Origin: Candidatus Ancaeobacter aquaticus
Lineage (GTDB): Bacteria; Auribacterota; Ancaeobacteria; Ancaeobacterales; Ancaeobacteraceae
Assembly: GCA_030765405.1 (NCBI GenBank)
Contig: JAVCCP010000060.1
Coordinates: 1 to 60,881, forward strand
DNA: 60,881 bases
Direction of reading: 5' to 3'
The position numbers and the translations under genes were made by a program. The notes under the pieces were generated by a model. The model ran no database searches and had not been told where the DNA came from. It saw only the letters and a program-made list of their open reading frames with translations. Positions 36,387 to 46,279 of this stretch are shown here, one piece after another (within the stretch, counting starts at the first letter, position 1; each line of letters opens with the position of its first letter).

Positions 36387-37118
36387 ATGAAGAAGATAGT
36401 ACTGTTAACCGTAACATTCTTGATGATCTTGACAATAAACGGCACGAAGTGCCATGCGGGATTTGGCTGGCTTACTGATCTATTAAAACCACTCTCAGAA
36501 ACAAAGCTCAGTGAAACAAAAATTGCTTCTGGCCTTAAAGAAGCGCTAAAAGTAGCTATTGATAACACAGTTAAAATCGTAGGTAAAACAAATGGCTATC
36601 TTGGCAATAATGATATAAGAATACCTGTTCCGGAAAAGCTTCAGATTATTGAAGGACCGCTACGAAGCTTCGGGTTCGCAGAACAGTTAGATGAGTTCAC
36701 CTTAAGCATGAACCGCGCAGCAGAAAAAGCCGCCCCGTATGCACGTGATGTCTTTATTGATGCCATTATGGATATGTCTGTTTCTGATGCGCAAGGCATA
36801 CTGAACGGTGGCAATACCGCTGCAACGGATTACTTCAAAACAAAAACAAAACAAAAACTGGTTGATACCTATAGCCCAATTGTGGATAAAGAAATGGATA
36901 AGTTTGATGTAACACAAAAGTTTAAAACAATAACCGGTTTTTACGATTCACTGCCAATCAAGCAATCTATTCAAATACCAAATATTAACGATTATGTTGT
37001 CGGAAAATCTCTTGATGGCTTGTTCTTTATCATGGGTCAAGAAGAAACAAATATCCGCACTGATCCAAAAGCGCGGGTAACATCACTTTTAAAGCAAGTA
37101 TTCTCAAAACAAGAATAG
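36387..37118 (+). CDS. DUF4197-family exported protein
   Basis: ASGLKEAL, MNRAAEKA, ATDYFK and SLDGLFFIMGQEExxIRxDP motifs. Confidence 0.88.
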   Translation: MKKIVLLTVTFLMILTINGTKCHAGFGWLTDLLKPLSETKLSETKIASGLKEALKVAIDNTVKIVGKTNGYLGNNDIRIPVPEKLQIIEGPLRSFGFAEQLDEFTLSMNRAAEKAAPYARDVFIDAIMDMSVSDAQGILNGGNTAATDYFKTKTKQKLVDTYSPIVDKEMDKFDVTQKFKTITGFYDSLPIKQSIQIPNINDYVVGKSLDGLFFIMGQEETNIRTDPKARVTSLLKQVFSKQE

Positions 37119-37142
37119 AAACGGGATTTTTAGGAACTAATA

Positions 37143-37174
37143 AAAAAGGAGGAGCATGAAAGCTCCTCCTTTTT
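37143..37174. terminator. Bidirectional intrinsic terminator
   Basis: AAAAAGGAGGAGC-atgaaa-GCTCCTCCTTTTT between convergent genes. Confidence 0.85.
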
Positions 37175-37198
37175 GTCTTTACCGCTTTACTCCAAATA

Positions 37199-38665
37199 TT
37201 AAAAGGGATACACCCTCTTTGCTTTCGGCAAATCATCATTGTTTTGATTCTGGCTGCCTTGTCCCTGTTGATGAGTTTGTGGCGGCGGAACGTATTGTGG
37301 TGTACTCACCGTCGATTTTGGACTCGTGAATGTTGAGTACTTTGTGGAGGTCACTCCGTATCCGTGCTGCATATATACCTTACGTGTTGCAGATTGTGGC
37401 TGCATCTGTGTATTCTTTACTGGCGGCGAATAGTACTCTCTATGGTCATCAAGCCATTTACCGATCATGGGATATACTTCCCTTGCCGCTCTACGGCTGA
37501 TCAAAGAATCATTATGCCCGTACGGGTACATGCCGACAGACGGCCCTAAGAGCACAGCTTGGCAATCAGTTGATCCTACATTATCACGTAAGAATAAAAG
37601 ATCTTTCGGATTAACAAACGCGTCCCTCTGTCCTGCACACGCTAAAAGGGGCACTTTAATATTCTGAGCTGACCGGGCATAGTTATAACTATTATCCGCT
37701 GTTTTAAATTCACCTGAACCAACAAGCTCAAGATATTGCCCCAAAACACCGACTGCAGGTGTGTCTGTACCACTGATTTCAAGACGCCCAATAACATCTC
37801 TCTCCATATTTCCTTGATTAAAAAGTAAAGCTCGTCCTTGCTCTTGTGCCATTCGCTTGGCTTTTTCCGCTTCTACCCCACCCTGCAATTCCAACAATCT
37901 CAGCCATTGAAGTGTATTAATATATTCATTAACAACATGACCGTCTGCCATGGTAAGTTGCGATCCGATCGTTACAACACCTCGTATATCTCTCCGTTGA
38001 TATTTTGCCAAATGTGCAAGAAGTATGTTTCCTCCCATACTGTGCCCTACCCAAAAAATGTCCGGTGATCCGGTTTTCTGTTTTACGAACTCTATCGCCG
38101 TCGGGACATCATAATTTACGTAATCATCAAACGTCCAGTTTATAAACTTCGGATTTATCGACGCATTAGTCATTTTCGCCTGAGACAACTTAAAAAGCAT
38201 ACCCACACCGCGTATAGCAAGAGAAGTATAATCTTCATTATCAATATTATCTAATATTGCCGGTGTTTCCATGCCCATCTCAGCGATCTTATAGACCCAC
38301 TTAGTGCTTTTTCCTGCACCGCGCAGTGACATTATCCATACATCATATCCTCTGTCGGCCAGATATTGGGCGAGATTCATCTCACGTGAAAGCATCCAAA
38401 AATCGCCGTTGTAGCCTAACCCGTGGCAGAGAATAACCGGCGGATTATCATTTGCTATACCACGTGATGACACATGCTCTATTGCAATCTTCCACCCATC
38501 AGGTGTTGCAACATAGTGCGGCTCACTTTTTGTATCATTCTGATCCCCGCCTAGAAAATCAAAAATGAAGGCATGCGCGGATAAAGGATTAAACACTAAT
38601 CCAAAAGATATAATAAGTATTGAAAATAGTTTCATCATAACTGTACCTGATAGTTTGTTATTCAT
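37199..38665 (-). CDS. Exported alpha/beta hydrolase with a Gln/Pro-rich tail
   Basis: LCHGLG, GHSMGG nucleophile elbow, YGHND. Confidence 0.85.
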   Translation of the reverse strand: MNNKLSGTVMMKLFSILIISFGLVFNPLSAHAFIFDFLGGDQNDTKSEPHYVATPDGWKIAIEHVSSRGIANDNPPVILCHGLGYNGDFWMLSREMNLAQYLADRGYDVWIMSLRGAGKSTKWVYKIAEMGMETPAILDNIDNEDYTSLAIRGVGMLFKLSQAKMTNASINPKFINWTFDDYVNYDVPTAIEFVKQKTGSPDIFWVGHSMGGNILLAHLAKYQRRDIRGVVTIGSQLTMADGHVVNEYINTLQWLRLLELQGGVEAEKAKRMAQEQGRALLFNQGNMERDVIGRLEISGTDTPAVGVLGQYLELVGSGEFKTADNSYNYARSAQNIKVPLLACAGQRDAFVNPKDLLFLRDNVGSTDCQAVLLGPSVGMYPYGHNDSLISRRAAREVYPMIGKWLDDHREYYSPPVKNTQMQPQSATRKVYMQHGYGVTSTKYSTFTSPKSTVSTPQYVPPPQTHQQGQGSQNQNNDDLPKAKRVYPF

Positions 38666-38882
38666 TTCAGACGTATATATTATACAAATGTTTCATATAG
38701 TAGCCAATAGGTATAAAATATAATTAGAGGGTTTTCTGTAGTTCGAAAAGGAAAAAGATGTGCGGAGCTTGTTTTTAAAAGTTCCGCCAAAAGCAGTTAG
38801 TTAAAAAGGCGACTCTTTTTTAGCGTTGCGCGGTTATCGTGGTGTACGGCTAGCGTATTCTTTAAAACATTTCCAATACGAA

Positions 38883-39656
38883 TCACAATTTACGAGACAC
38901 AAGTCGTTTATTTCTCCCGCGAAAATAGGCGAGTCCAAAAAGCCCGAGACCGAAAAGCGCGTACGTAGACGGTTCTGGAACACCGTTGATAGATATCTCA
39001 TTAAAGTTGGTATAGGTACCAGTATTTCCCTGCACCAAATTCAAAGCTTTAAAATTAGAAATATCAGCGTTATTATAAAATTTGAAATCAGTCTTCGCTA
39101 ATTCAGCATCCAATTGTGCGGTATATGTACCTTCGCCAAAATCTACGTCTGTTATTGTAATGGTATGGAACTCTCCAGTGGTAACAACATCTGCCAGGTT
39201 CTTTCCGGTCCCTGAAGGATATGTATAAGTTTCGAAACCACGTAGATTTAGATTAGAACTCGCGCTATAGAAGGACATCCAAATACCAACGACGCCTGTA
39301 TCTGAAGCTAATTGAAATCCACCGTAGAATCCACCTCCAGCAGAAAATGCACTTTGTTTCATTTGAATGCTAATACTATCAATAGACGTTAACGTAGTAT
39401 TAAAGGTTCTATGCGCATCGGTTACAGAGGTACTTGTAGTTAGCTTTCCTGTCTCTAATCCGGCGTCTGTTACAAATGTTATGTTATCATGACCTTTGAC
39501 CCAATCATCATCCCAATTTGTCCCGCCACCGGAAACACCTATTATATTGGCACTATCCCCGTAAAAACTGAAATCTTCTGTTATTGTGATAGCATAGAGT
39601 GGGGAAGTAATACCCACAAAAACAGCCATTGAAATCAGAATAAACAATTTCTTCAT
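38883..39656 (-). CDS. PEP-CTERM surface protein
   Basis: Signal peptide MKKLF..; C-terminal VPEPSTYALFGLGLFGLAYFRGRNKR. Confidence 0.9.
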   Translation of the reverse strand: MKKLFILISMAVFVGITSPLYAITITEDFSFYGDSANIIGVSGGGTNWDDDWVKGHDNITFVTDAGLETGKLTTSTSVTDAHRTFNTTLTSIDSISIQMKQSAFSAGGGFYGGFQLASDTGVVGIWMSFYSASSNLNLRGFETYTYPSGTGKNLADVVTTGEFHTITITDVDFGEGTYTAQLDAELAKTDFKFYNNADISNFKALNLVQGNTGTYTNFNEISINGVPEPSTYALFGLGLFGLAYFRGRNKRLVSRKL

Positions 39657-39777
39657 ATTGTCCCCCAGTAACATTTTTCAATTAAATCGTATGGGGACTT
39701 CCTTTTTGGCTTCCCAGTAACGAAAATAATATAAATCCACCTGCTCGTACGCTAAACGACAACCGCTCAACGCCCCT

Positions 39778-39810
39778 TTGTCATTATCATGCAAAACTAT
39801 ATAATGTCAA
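39778..39810. promoter_or_regulatory. Overlapping divergent sigma70 promoters
   Basis: Plus: TTGTCA-16-TATAAT (39778-39805). Minus: TTGACA-16-GATAAT (39810-39783). Confidence 0.55.
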
Positions 39811-39834
39811 GTTTAGAATATTAAAGAATCTCTT

Positions 39835-39990
39835 GCGTAGTGATAAAGTGAAAAATAATCATACCGATACATTGCAAGTGCGTGGATAAGAATGCTCCTC
39901 TTATAATGGGAACATTATAAATATGGAAAAGATATCGTACAATAAAAGTTATTTGCAGAAACAGGATGAACAGCTCACGCTTTACCAGAA
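39835..39990 (+). repeat. Left arm of a 156-bp inverted repeat (copy of the ntpB stop, B-D spacer and first ~23 codons of ntpD)
   Basis: Ungapped match to the reverse complement of 46124-46279, 14 mismatches by hand count; encodes MEKISYNKSYLQKQDEQLTLYQ. Confidence 0.92.
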
Positions 39991-41819
39991 TACACTTTCG
40001 TTGTGCTTGACCTTACCAGATCTTCAATTTCTTTTTTATATTTTTCGTATTCTTTGGATTTAAACGGACTGTAATTCAAATTTTTATAAAGTCCCGTTAC
40101 CTGTGTAAAGAACTCACGTACTACGTCTTTGTTCTCAAATGAATACTCGTAATAAATTATATATTTTAAAAACGAGAAACTCTCGAGCTGGCGTTCACGG
40201 GAAACTGATACATCCACAGGATCGTACGCATCTTGCTGAAGATAGACTATATCCACCAGAGTTGATTTTTGTAACAGCAAATAATCCTCAACTGTTATAC
40301 CTTCTTCTCCTGTCACCTGCATAAGCTGATTTATATTATCAGCCTGAACGAACAAGTCATACATATCTTTTATGTCCTGCACCCACGTATGACCGAGGTT
40401 TTTTGTAAACCAAGGCTCAAGCTGGTGGAGATAACGGGACCAAGAGATTAGCGGATTAATGGCCGGGTAAAACCGCTTGTATGCACGGTCATATGAAAGG
40501 CCGAGAAATGTTTTCACTGTCGACAGTGTCGCCTGAGTAACCGGTTCTTCAAAATTACCTCCGGCAGGAGAAACAGTCCCAACCATCGTTAAACTTCCGA
40601 CCGATCCGTCAGCCGTACGGATAACACCCGCGCGTTCATAGACATTTTTAACAGAGGAGTCAAGATACGCAGGAAATGCCTCTTCTCCCGGGATCTCTTC
40701 CATACGTCCAGATGTTTCACGCATCGCCTGCGCCCATCGTGACGTTGAATCGGCTATCACAAGGACATTATACCCCATCTGGCGATAATACTCGCCCATA
40801 GTAATGCCTGTGTATAGTGATGACTCACGGGCAGCAACAGGCATAGAAGATGTGTTGCATATAATTATCGTCCTGTCCATGAGAGACCCTCCTGTCTTTG
40901 GGTCCTTCATGCTTGGATATTCTGTAATGGTCTCAACCACTTCGCCGGCACGTTCACCGCACGCGATGATGATGACAATATCGACTGTCGAATAACGTGC
41001 CATGAGACCCTGCAATACTGTTTTACCGGCACCAAACGGTCCTGGAATACATGCTGTACCACCGCGCGCAATTGGGAAAAAGGCATCAACAATCCTGATT
41101 GTAGTAGTCATAGGCTCTTCAGGATAAAGACGTTCAACAAAACGTTCACGCAATAGCCGTTCGGGTATTGCTTTACGCACTGGCCATTTCATTGTAAGCG
41201 TGACATCTTGTTCTTTTCCATCAGTGGTTTCAATTTTGGCAACCTTGTCATCAAGCGTAACCTCGCTTTCCTTCTGAATCCATTTAACCGTAACAGGTTC
41301 TTTCAGTTTGAATGGCACCATTATCTTGTGAACAAAAATCCCTTCCATCGTTGTACCGATAACACCGCCGGGCTTAACAGTCTCACCAACTTTCACTGAC
41401 GGTGTAAACCGCCATTTCTTATTTGTATCGAGTGCTCGAACATCACGGCCGCGCGGCAAGAAAAATCCATACTCTTTCGCAAAAATATTTAATGGGTTCT
41501 GAAGCCCGTCGAAAACCTGTCCTAAAAGACCCGGTCCCAGCTCAATAGAAAGCATTTGACCTGTCATCTCAACAGTGTCTCCTACGCGAACACCTCCCGT
41601 ATCTTCGAATACCTGCATATCGGCCTTTTTCCCTGTAATTCGCAGGACCTCTGCGCGGAGACGTTCATCACCGACACATACATAGCCTACCTCATTTTTT
41701 TTGATCGAACCTTCAAGAACTTCAATCTGGACAATATTGTCCCGCACAGTAACTACACGCGCGGAAACACTTTTGCCCAGACCATGACCATTATCATTTT
41801 TCTTATTGTTCATATTCAC
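39975..41819 (-). CDS. ntpA: V/A-type ATP synthase subunit A
   Basis: P-loop GPFGAGKT; CGERAGE; DSTSRWAQA; GEEAFPAYL. Confidence 0.96.
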   Translation of the reverse strand: MNMNNKKNDNGHGLGKSVSARVVTVRDNIVQIEVLEGSIKKNEVGYVCVGDERLRAEVLRITGKKADMQVFEDTGGVRVGDTVEMTGQMLSIELGPGLLGQVFDGLQNPLNIFAKEYGFFLPRGRDVRALDTNKKWRFTPSVKVGETVKPGGVIGTTMEGIFVHKIMVPFKLKEPVTVKWIQKESEVTLDDKVAKIETTDGKEQDVTLTMKWPVRKAIPERLLRERFVERLYPEEPMTTTIRIVDAFFPIARGGTACIPGPFGAGKTVLQGLMARYSTVDIVIIIACGERAGEVVETITEYPSMKDPKTGGSLMDRTIIICNTSSMPVAARESSLYTGITMGEYYRQMGYNVLVIADSTSRWAQAMRETSGRMEEIPGEEAFPAYLDSSVKNVYERAGVIRTADGSVGSLTMVGTVSPAGGNFEEPVTQATLSTVKTFLGLSYDRAYKRFYPAINPLISWSRYLHQLEPWFTKNLGHTWVQDIKDMYDLFVQADNINQLMQVTGEEGITVEDYLLLQKSTLVDIVYLQQDAYDPVDVSVSRERQLESFSFLKYIIYYEYSFENKDVVREFFTQVTGLYKNLNYSPFKSKEYEKYKKEIEDLVRSSTTKVYSGKA

Positions 41820-42480
41820 TACACACCTCCGCTACAATTTCTTCAAACTTCTTTTCCGCCAACTGGCTGTTAAACGACAACCAATATGCAACCATATTCC
41901 ATTTAATTACATACCCAAAAACTCCGATAAAACTAAACTCTTCTCCAAACACCAATTCATCAACAACACGCCATATATAGAGCCCGCCATGTTTATCAAG
42001 TCCAACAACATCACCGGCCGCAAGAAGTTCTCGCGCGCGCGGTATATATGGAAACGTGGCTGCCATCTTGAAATCAGGATCTGACCAATTCTTTTCAATA
42101 TTATGAACAAGCGGCCCTAATCCCCACAATTCACCTGATATCGGCGGCGGTAGACCATGCTGTCTACGCCGTAACCAAACCATTACAGTTCGCTGCGTCA
42201 TTATTGTCTGGATGAATCTTTTCAAATCATTAGACATAGAGAGTGCCATAAGGTCTTCATATTGACGCATGAGCTCTTTAGGACTCTCTTTTACAACCTG
42301 CCTTTTCCAAAAAAGAAAAGCTTCGATCCGGGACAGTATATGCGCGTCAGAAGACTCAAGCATCTTCAGCCGCTCATAGAGTCTTTCCTGCGAAATCGGC
42401 AGACGGATCGCTTTGTCAAACCGCGGCAAAAGCGGTAAACTGCCAATCAAAGTATAATAATCATTATTCATTCCTTGCAT
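41803..42480 (-). CDS. DUF2764 protein (V-ATPase subunit C-like)
   Basis: YYTLIGSLP start; position between E and A. Confidence 0.8.
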   Translation of the reverse strand: MQGMNNDYYTLIGSLPLLPRFDKAIRLPISQERLYERLKMLESSDAHILSRIEAFLFWKRQVVKESPKELMRQYEDLMALSMSNDLKRFIQTIMTQRTVMVWLRRRQHGLPPPISGELWGLGPLVHNIEKNWSDPDFKMAATFPYIPRARELLAAGDVVGLDKHGGLYIWRVVDELVFGEEFSFIGVFGYVIKWNMVAYWLSFNSQLAEKKFEEIVAEVCSEYEQ

Positions 42481-42551
42481 TCCATGTCTTTTTTAATACC
42501 TCGCTTCTCTATATTCTCCCTAATAAATCAGATCAGTTTTCCTATACAAAA

Positions 42552-43217
42552 TCATTCCTCGCCCGTCATTATCTTCCTGAACCGCGGCATAAGGTGACGG
42601 ACAAGAAGACTGGATATAGCTTGATCAGTGAGTTCTATTACAATATTTTTCTCTTTAAGCTGCACCTTTATACCGGCAAATTTATCATCGCTTACCTTGA
42701 CGTCGATCCCTTCGCGCAGAAAACCAGCGGTCGATTTTAAGATAAATTGACGGAATTTCTTTTCGGTTGCATCGAGGGAAGCTTTCCCTGACACTTCCGG
42801 ATCTGCCGACAAAATCACTAATAATTGCTCTTCCTCAGGCAGCAGCATCGCATTTTTCTTGGCAATAGCAATGATAAGATCTTTTAAAAAACCCTCATCA
42901 CTTAATTGCTCTGTGACAAGCCGTTTGACATATCCCTCAAATGCTGACCTGACCTCATTACTTAGCCGTATTATTGTGTCACGAGCCGCAATTTTCAAAG
43001 CTTCCTGTGAAGCTGTCTTTTCAGTATGTATTTCAGCAATTGATTTGGATTTAAGTTCATGCACCTCTCTACGTGCTTTTTCAAGCAAATGAGCAGCTCG
43101 TGTTCGGGCATCTTTAATTATTTTTTCAGCCTCCTCTTGAGCCGCCTTAACCCCATCGTCACGCAGCTGTGCAATCAATTCTTCCACGCCAGCAGAAACT
43201 TTTACAGGCTCAACCAT
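42552..43217 (-). CDS. ntpE: V/A-type ATP synthase subunit E
   Basis: LIAQLRDDGV..AEKII coiled coil; operon context. Confidence 0.85.
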   Translation of the reverse strand: MVEPVKVSAGVEELIAQLRDDGVKAAQEEAEKIIKDARTRAAHLLEKARREVHELKSKSIAEIHTEKTASQEALKIAARDTIIRLSNEVRSAFEGYVKRLVTEQLSDEGFLKDLIIAIAKKNAMLLPEEEQLLVILSADPEVSGKASLDATEKKFRQFILKSTAGFLREGIDVKVSDDKFAGIKVQLKEKNIVIELTDQAISSLLVRHLMPRFRKIMTGEE

Positions 43218-43218
43218 A

Positions 43219-43671
43219 TTATTTCCCTCCCGGTATCGAACCTGCTAATATCAGAGCAAAAACGAATACAAACACTCCGAATCCTTCAACAATTGCAGCC
43301 GGAGCAATTGACATACCAAAGATCTCAGGCTTGCTTTTTGACGCGTTTATAGCGGACGCGCAACAATTTCCCTGAAAAATACCGCCACATAACAGCGCAA
43401 GTCCTGATAGAAAACCTATGCTAAAAAGCGCTGTGGCACATTCCTGCGTAACCGTGCGATTTAATGTTATCATGATAACAATGCCAAATATCATCATAGA
43501 AGACGGTAAAACAGACACGCCTATATACTTACCATAGCCGCTTTCGGTATCGAGCATAGCACCGCATGCGGTCTGTCCCGCGCGAGTGCATCCTATCATG
43601 CTTCCTACCGCGCTCATTGCAAGCGGGGAAAATATACCTATCCAACCTAAAAGAATCATCACCTGTTCCAA
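43219..43671 (-). CDS. ntpK: V/A-type ATP synthase subunit K (c-ring, four TM)
   Basis: Duplicated hairpin; single carboxylate in AAIVEGFGVF. Confidence 0.9.
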   Translation of the reverse strand: MEQVMILLGWIGIFSPLAMSAVGSMIGCTRAGQTACGAMLDTESGYGKYIGVSVLPSSMMIFGIVIMITLNRTVTQECATALFSIGFLSGLALLCGGIFQGNCCASAINASKSKPEIFGMSIAPAAIVEGFGVFVFVFALILAGSIPGGK

Positions 43672-43789
43672 AAAACACCTCCTTGTTTTATACTACCTAT
43701 AAAAAATAGCTTATTATTTGTTTATAGCCGTCCAAAAAAACCATGCCACTACTTACCAATAAATCCCGCATCCCTAATTAATATATCGG

Positions 43790-45571
43790 TCATTTGCCAA
43801 GTTTTCGTTTTGCAAACGTTTTAAACGGCCTTCCCTCTTCGTGCATACTCCAGTTAAAAAACTCTATAAAATTGAGTCTCAGCCCATGAACAAAACCGCT
43901 TACTATTCCCAGAAGGAAATTCAGCGTGTGGCCAAACAAAAGTATCAAGATAGCAAAGAATATACCAATAACAGGTAATGCGTCTGCAACCTGCTTGCTG
44001 AGTTTATTAAAAGTAAGTGCCAATGAAACAGCGGCAAGACCAAGCGCAAAAATTCTCATATAACTCAATATATCTCCGAAGACTGCACTCACACGTGTTA
44101 AACCTTCAGCGCCTTTTAACAGACGCTTTATTGTAATCTTTCCTTCACCTGTAAATAAAAGTATCATCAACGCACCTGCACCAATCAATATCCATCCACA
44201 AATATGCATGGGTACTTTATAAGCGTGCATCATACTACTGACATAGAACATACCACCGCCAAAGATTAATGCAGCCCATCCGATAGGTGCATACATCTGG
44301 GACATTCCCCTCTTACGCCATGCATCACAGAAATTTGACAGGATCAAATGCAGCATTCCTATAATAATAACCAGAGGCATCATTACATGGACATTATTGA
44401 CGTCAAATATTTTTAAATGTCCCAGAAACGAATTTTCACCGAGGGTCAATCCAAAATAACTTCCCACGATAATTCCCCATACAATTGTTGTTGCGGTTAA
44501 CGCCAAACACAGTATGCGAAAATTTTTCCCGCGTTCACTCTTTGAAAACGCCTTCCATTTCCATAAAATTATCGCTCCCATTACCAAACCGTATCCCGCA
44601 TCCGAAATAATCATTGCAAAGAAAATTGCAAATGAAACAAAAACGATGGCCGAAGGATCCCACAATTTGTATGAAGGTGTCATATAAAAACTTACAAGGT
44701 CCGCGCCGCCTGCAAAAATGTTGCTGTTACGCAAAAGCGTGGGAGGGAGTTCATCAGGATGAGGTTCCTCAATAAATATCGCTGAACAGGCAGCACGTGC
44801 AAAATCCTGCAGTTTTTTAACGGAATCTTGCGGCGCCCATCCCCTTAATGCGAAAAGTTCCTCCTGATCCCGTGTCTGCCAGCTGACTTCTTCGACATCC
44901 GCTTTATTCTCCAACCTCCACATTTCACTCATGTATAGATCACACCACCGTGTAAGATCCTTCCTTTTTGATTGCAGGTCCGCCGCTTCATTCATCAATA
45001 AAGTCTCTTTTCTTTCAAGTTCGCTTAGTGAATGCGTTCCTGCATGGGTCCGTAAAACCGGAATCCCGTGGGGTTCATCATTAGAAATAACGATAACAAA
45101 ACAATTTGATTGGTCACGATAGACCGTCTTCCACACAAGCGGGAGTGTTTGAACGATACTCATAAGAGGATGAGGGACAACATAGAACCATAACTTCATT
45201 CCATTTAATTCATTCTCGGACGGCAGCCTGAAATCTCCCCATGGTTTCATTCCTGCAATACGGCCACGGATACCATCAAGCTGTATTTCCAAATCATGAA
45301 TTTTTGTTTTTATTTCCAGTGCCTGTTCCTTAACGAGGTCCGGATCAAACCCTTTATCAGAGCATTCCTGGCGTAAACGCTTAGGACAGCTAAGGAGAAA
45401 ACGGAGAGCATCATATGCCTCTTTCTCAGGGGCAGAAGTCGCGTGGAATCCCTGCTGTTGACGCAAGGGCTCGACATGAACACAACCAATATCCTGAAGA
45501 CCCGCAAGGATCTTTTCCTTGTCATTCAAGAAACCAATAAGTGTGATCTTCGTTAGCGGAACAATGCTCAT
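43790..45571 (-). CDS. ntpI: V/A-type ATP synthase subunit I
   Basis: MSIVP start; DAGYG, GDILSYMRIFALGL and HGLRLNFIEFF motifs. Confidence 0.94.
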   Translation of the reverse strand: MSIVPLTKITLIGFLNDKEKILAGLQDIGCVHVEPLRQQQGFHATSAPEKEAYDALRFLLSCPKRLRQECSDKGFDPDLVKEQALEIKTKIHDLEIQLDGIRGRIAGMKPWGDFRLPSENELNGMKLWFYVVPHPLMSIVQTLPLVWKTVYRDQSNCFVIVISNDEPHGIPVLRTHAGTHSLSELERKETLLMNEAADLQSKRKDLTRWCDLYMSEMWRLENKADVEEVSWQTRDQEELFALRGWAPQDSVKKLQDFARAACSAIFIEEPHPDELPPTLLRNSNIFAGGADLVSFYMTPSYKLWDPSAIVFVSFAIFFAMIISDAGYGLVMGAIILWKWKAFSKSERGKNFRILCLALTATTIVWGIIVGSYFGLTLGENSFLGHLKIFDVNNVHVMMPLVIIIGMLHLILSNFCDAWRKRGMSQMYAPIGWAALIFGGGMFYVSSMMHAYKVPMHICGWILIGAGALMILLFTGEGKITIKRLLKGAEGLTRVSAVFGDILSYMRIFALGLAAVSLALTFNKLSKQVADALPVIGIFFAILILLFGHTLNFLLGIVSGFVHGLRLNFIEFFNWSMHEEGRPFKTFAKRKLGK

Positions 45572-46191
45572 ACGGGTTCTTCCACTCTCTGTAAATTCTC
45601 TTTAAGGTGTTTTTGCTTGGCGATCTTGGCCCTGACAACAGCAGATCTCTCGGCATCATCAAGGAATATTTTTATCCGGAATATCGTTTCTTTCGCTTCG
45701 GGAATAAGGATCTTTTCAAACAGATTTACCCTCTGCGTAATATGCTTGACGCCCTTACGCAAGAGCTCAACGCGCTGGCCGGCGATCTTCACCTTAAAAC
45801 ACAGCGTGAGCATATCTCTGACCTTCTCCACAAAAAAGTCAACCCACTGCGGTTTAACGAACATCGAATAATCCACGATTTCGCACACTACCTCGCGTAA
45901 GACAGGCAGCCGTATCCCCACGATATTTTCTTCTTCTATCTTAAGAGTGGTAATCTTGACAAGATCCCTGAGATCTATCTGCGTTCTGGCAAGCATAGGC
46001 AGTTGAACGCCTATTGTTTCTGCAAGTTTTTTCTTCTGTGTGCTAAGTGCCTCATGCATTTTCTGCTCACGGACGCGCTCAAAGGTAAGCTGGCGGCGTT
46101 TCAGGTCAAGCGAAGGCAGAAGCTTCCGATAAAGCTTGAGCTGTTCGTTCTGTTTCTGCAAATAACTCTTATTGTAAGATATCTTTGCCAT
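45568..46191 (-). CDS. ntpD: V/A-type ATP synthase subunit D
   Basis: LPSLDLKRRQL and TQRVNLFEKILIP motifs. Confidence 0.94.
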   Translation of the reverse strand: MAKISYNKSYLQKQNEQLKLYRKLLPSLDLKRRQLTFERVREQKMHEALSTQKKKLAETIGVQLPMLARTQIDLRDLVKITTLKIEEENIVGIRLPVLREVVCEIVDYSMFVKPQWVDFFVEKVRDMLTLCFKVKIAGQRVELLRKGVKHITQRVNLFEKILIPEAKETIFRIKIFLDDAERSAVVRAKIAKQKHLKENLQRVEEPV

Positions 46192-46279
46192 ATTTATAAT
46201 GTTCCCATTATCAGAGGAGCATTCTTATACCCGCCCTTGCAATGTATAGGTATGATTATTTTTCACCTTATCACTACGC
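46124..46279 (-). repeat. Right arm of the 156-bp inverted repeat (native B-D junction)
   Basis: See the left arm at 39835-39990. Confidence 0.92.

Noticed and set aside
38826..39101. 91-aa plus-strand ORF
   Set aside because: Antisense to the well-supported PEP-CTERM gene
39923..40063. 46-aa second ntpD gene
   Set aside because: Only ~23 codons are homologous; the rest is antisense ntpA. Reported as a repeat arm instead
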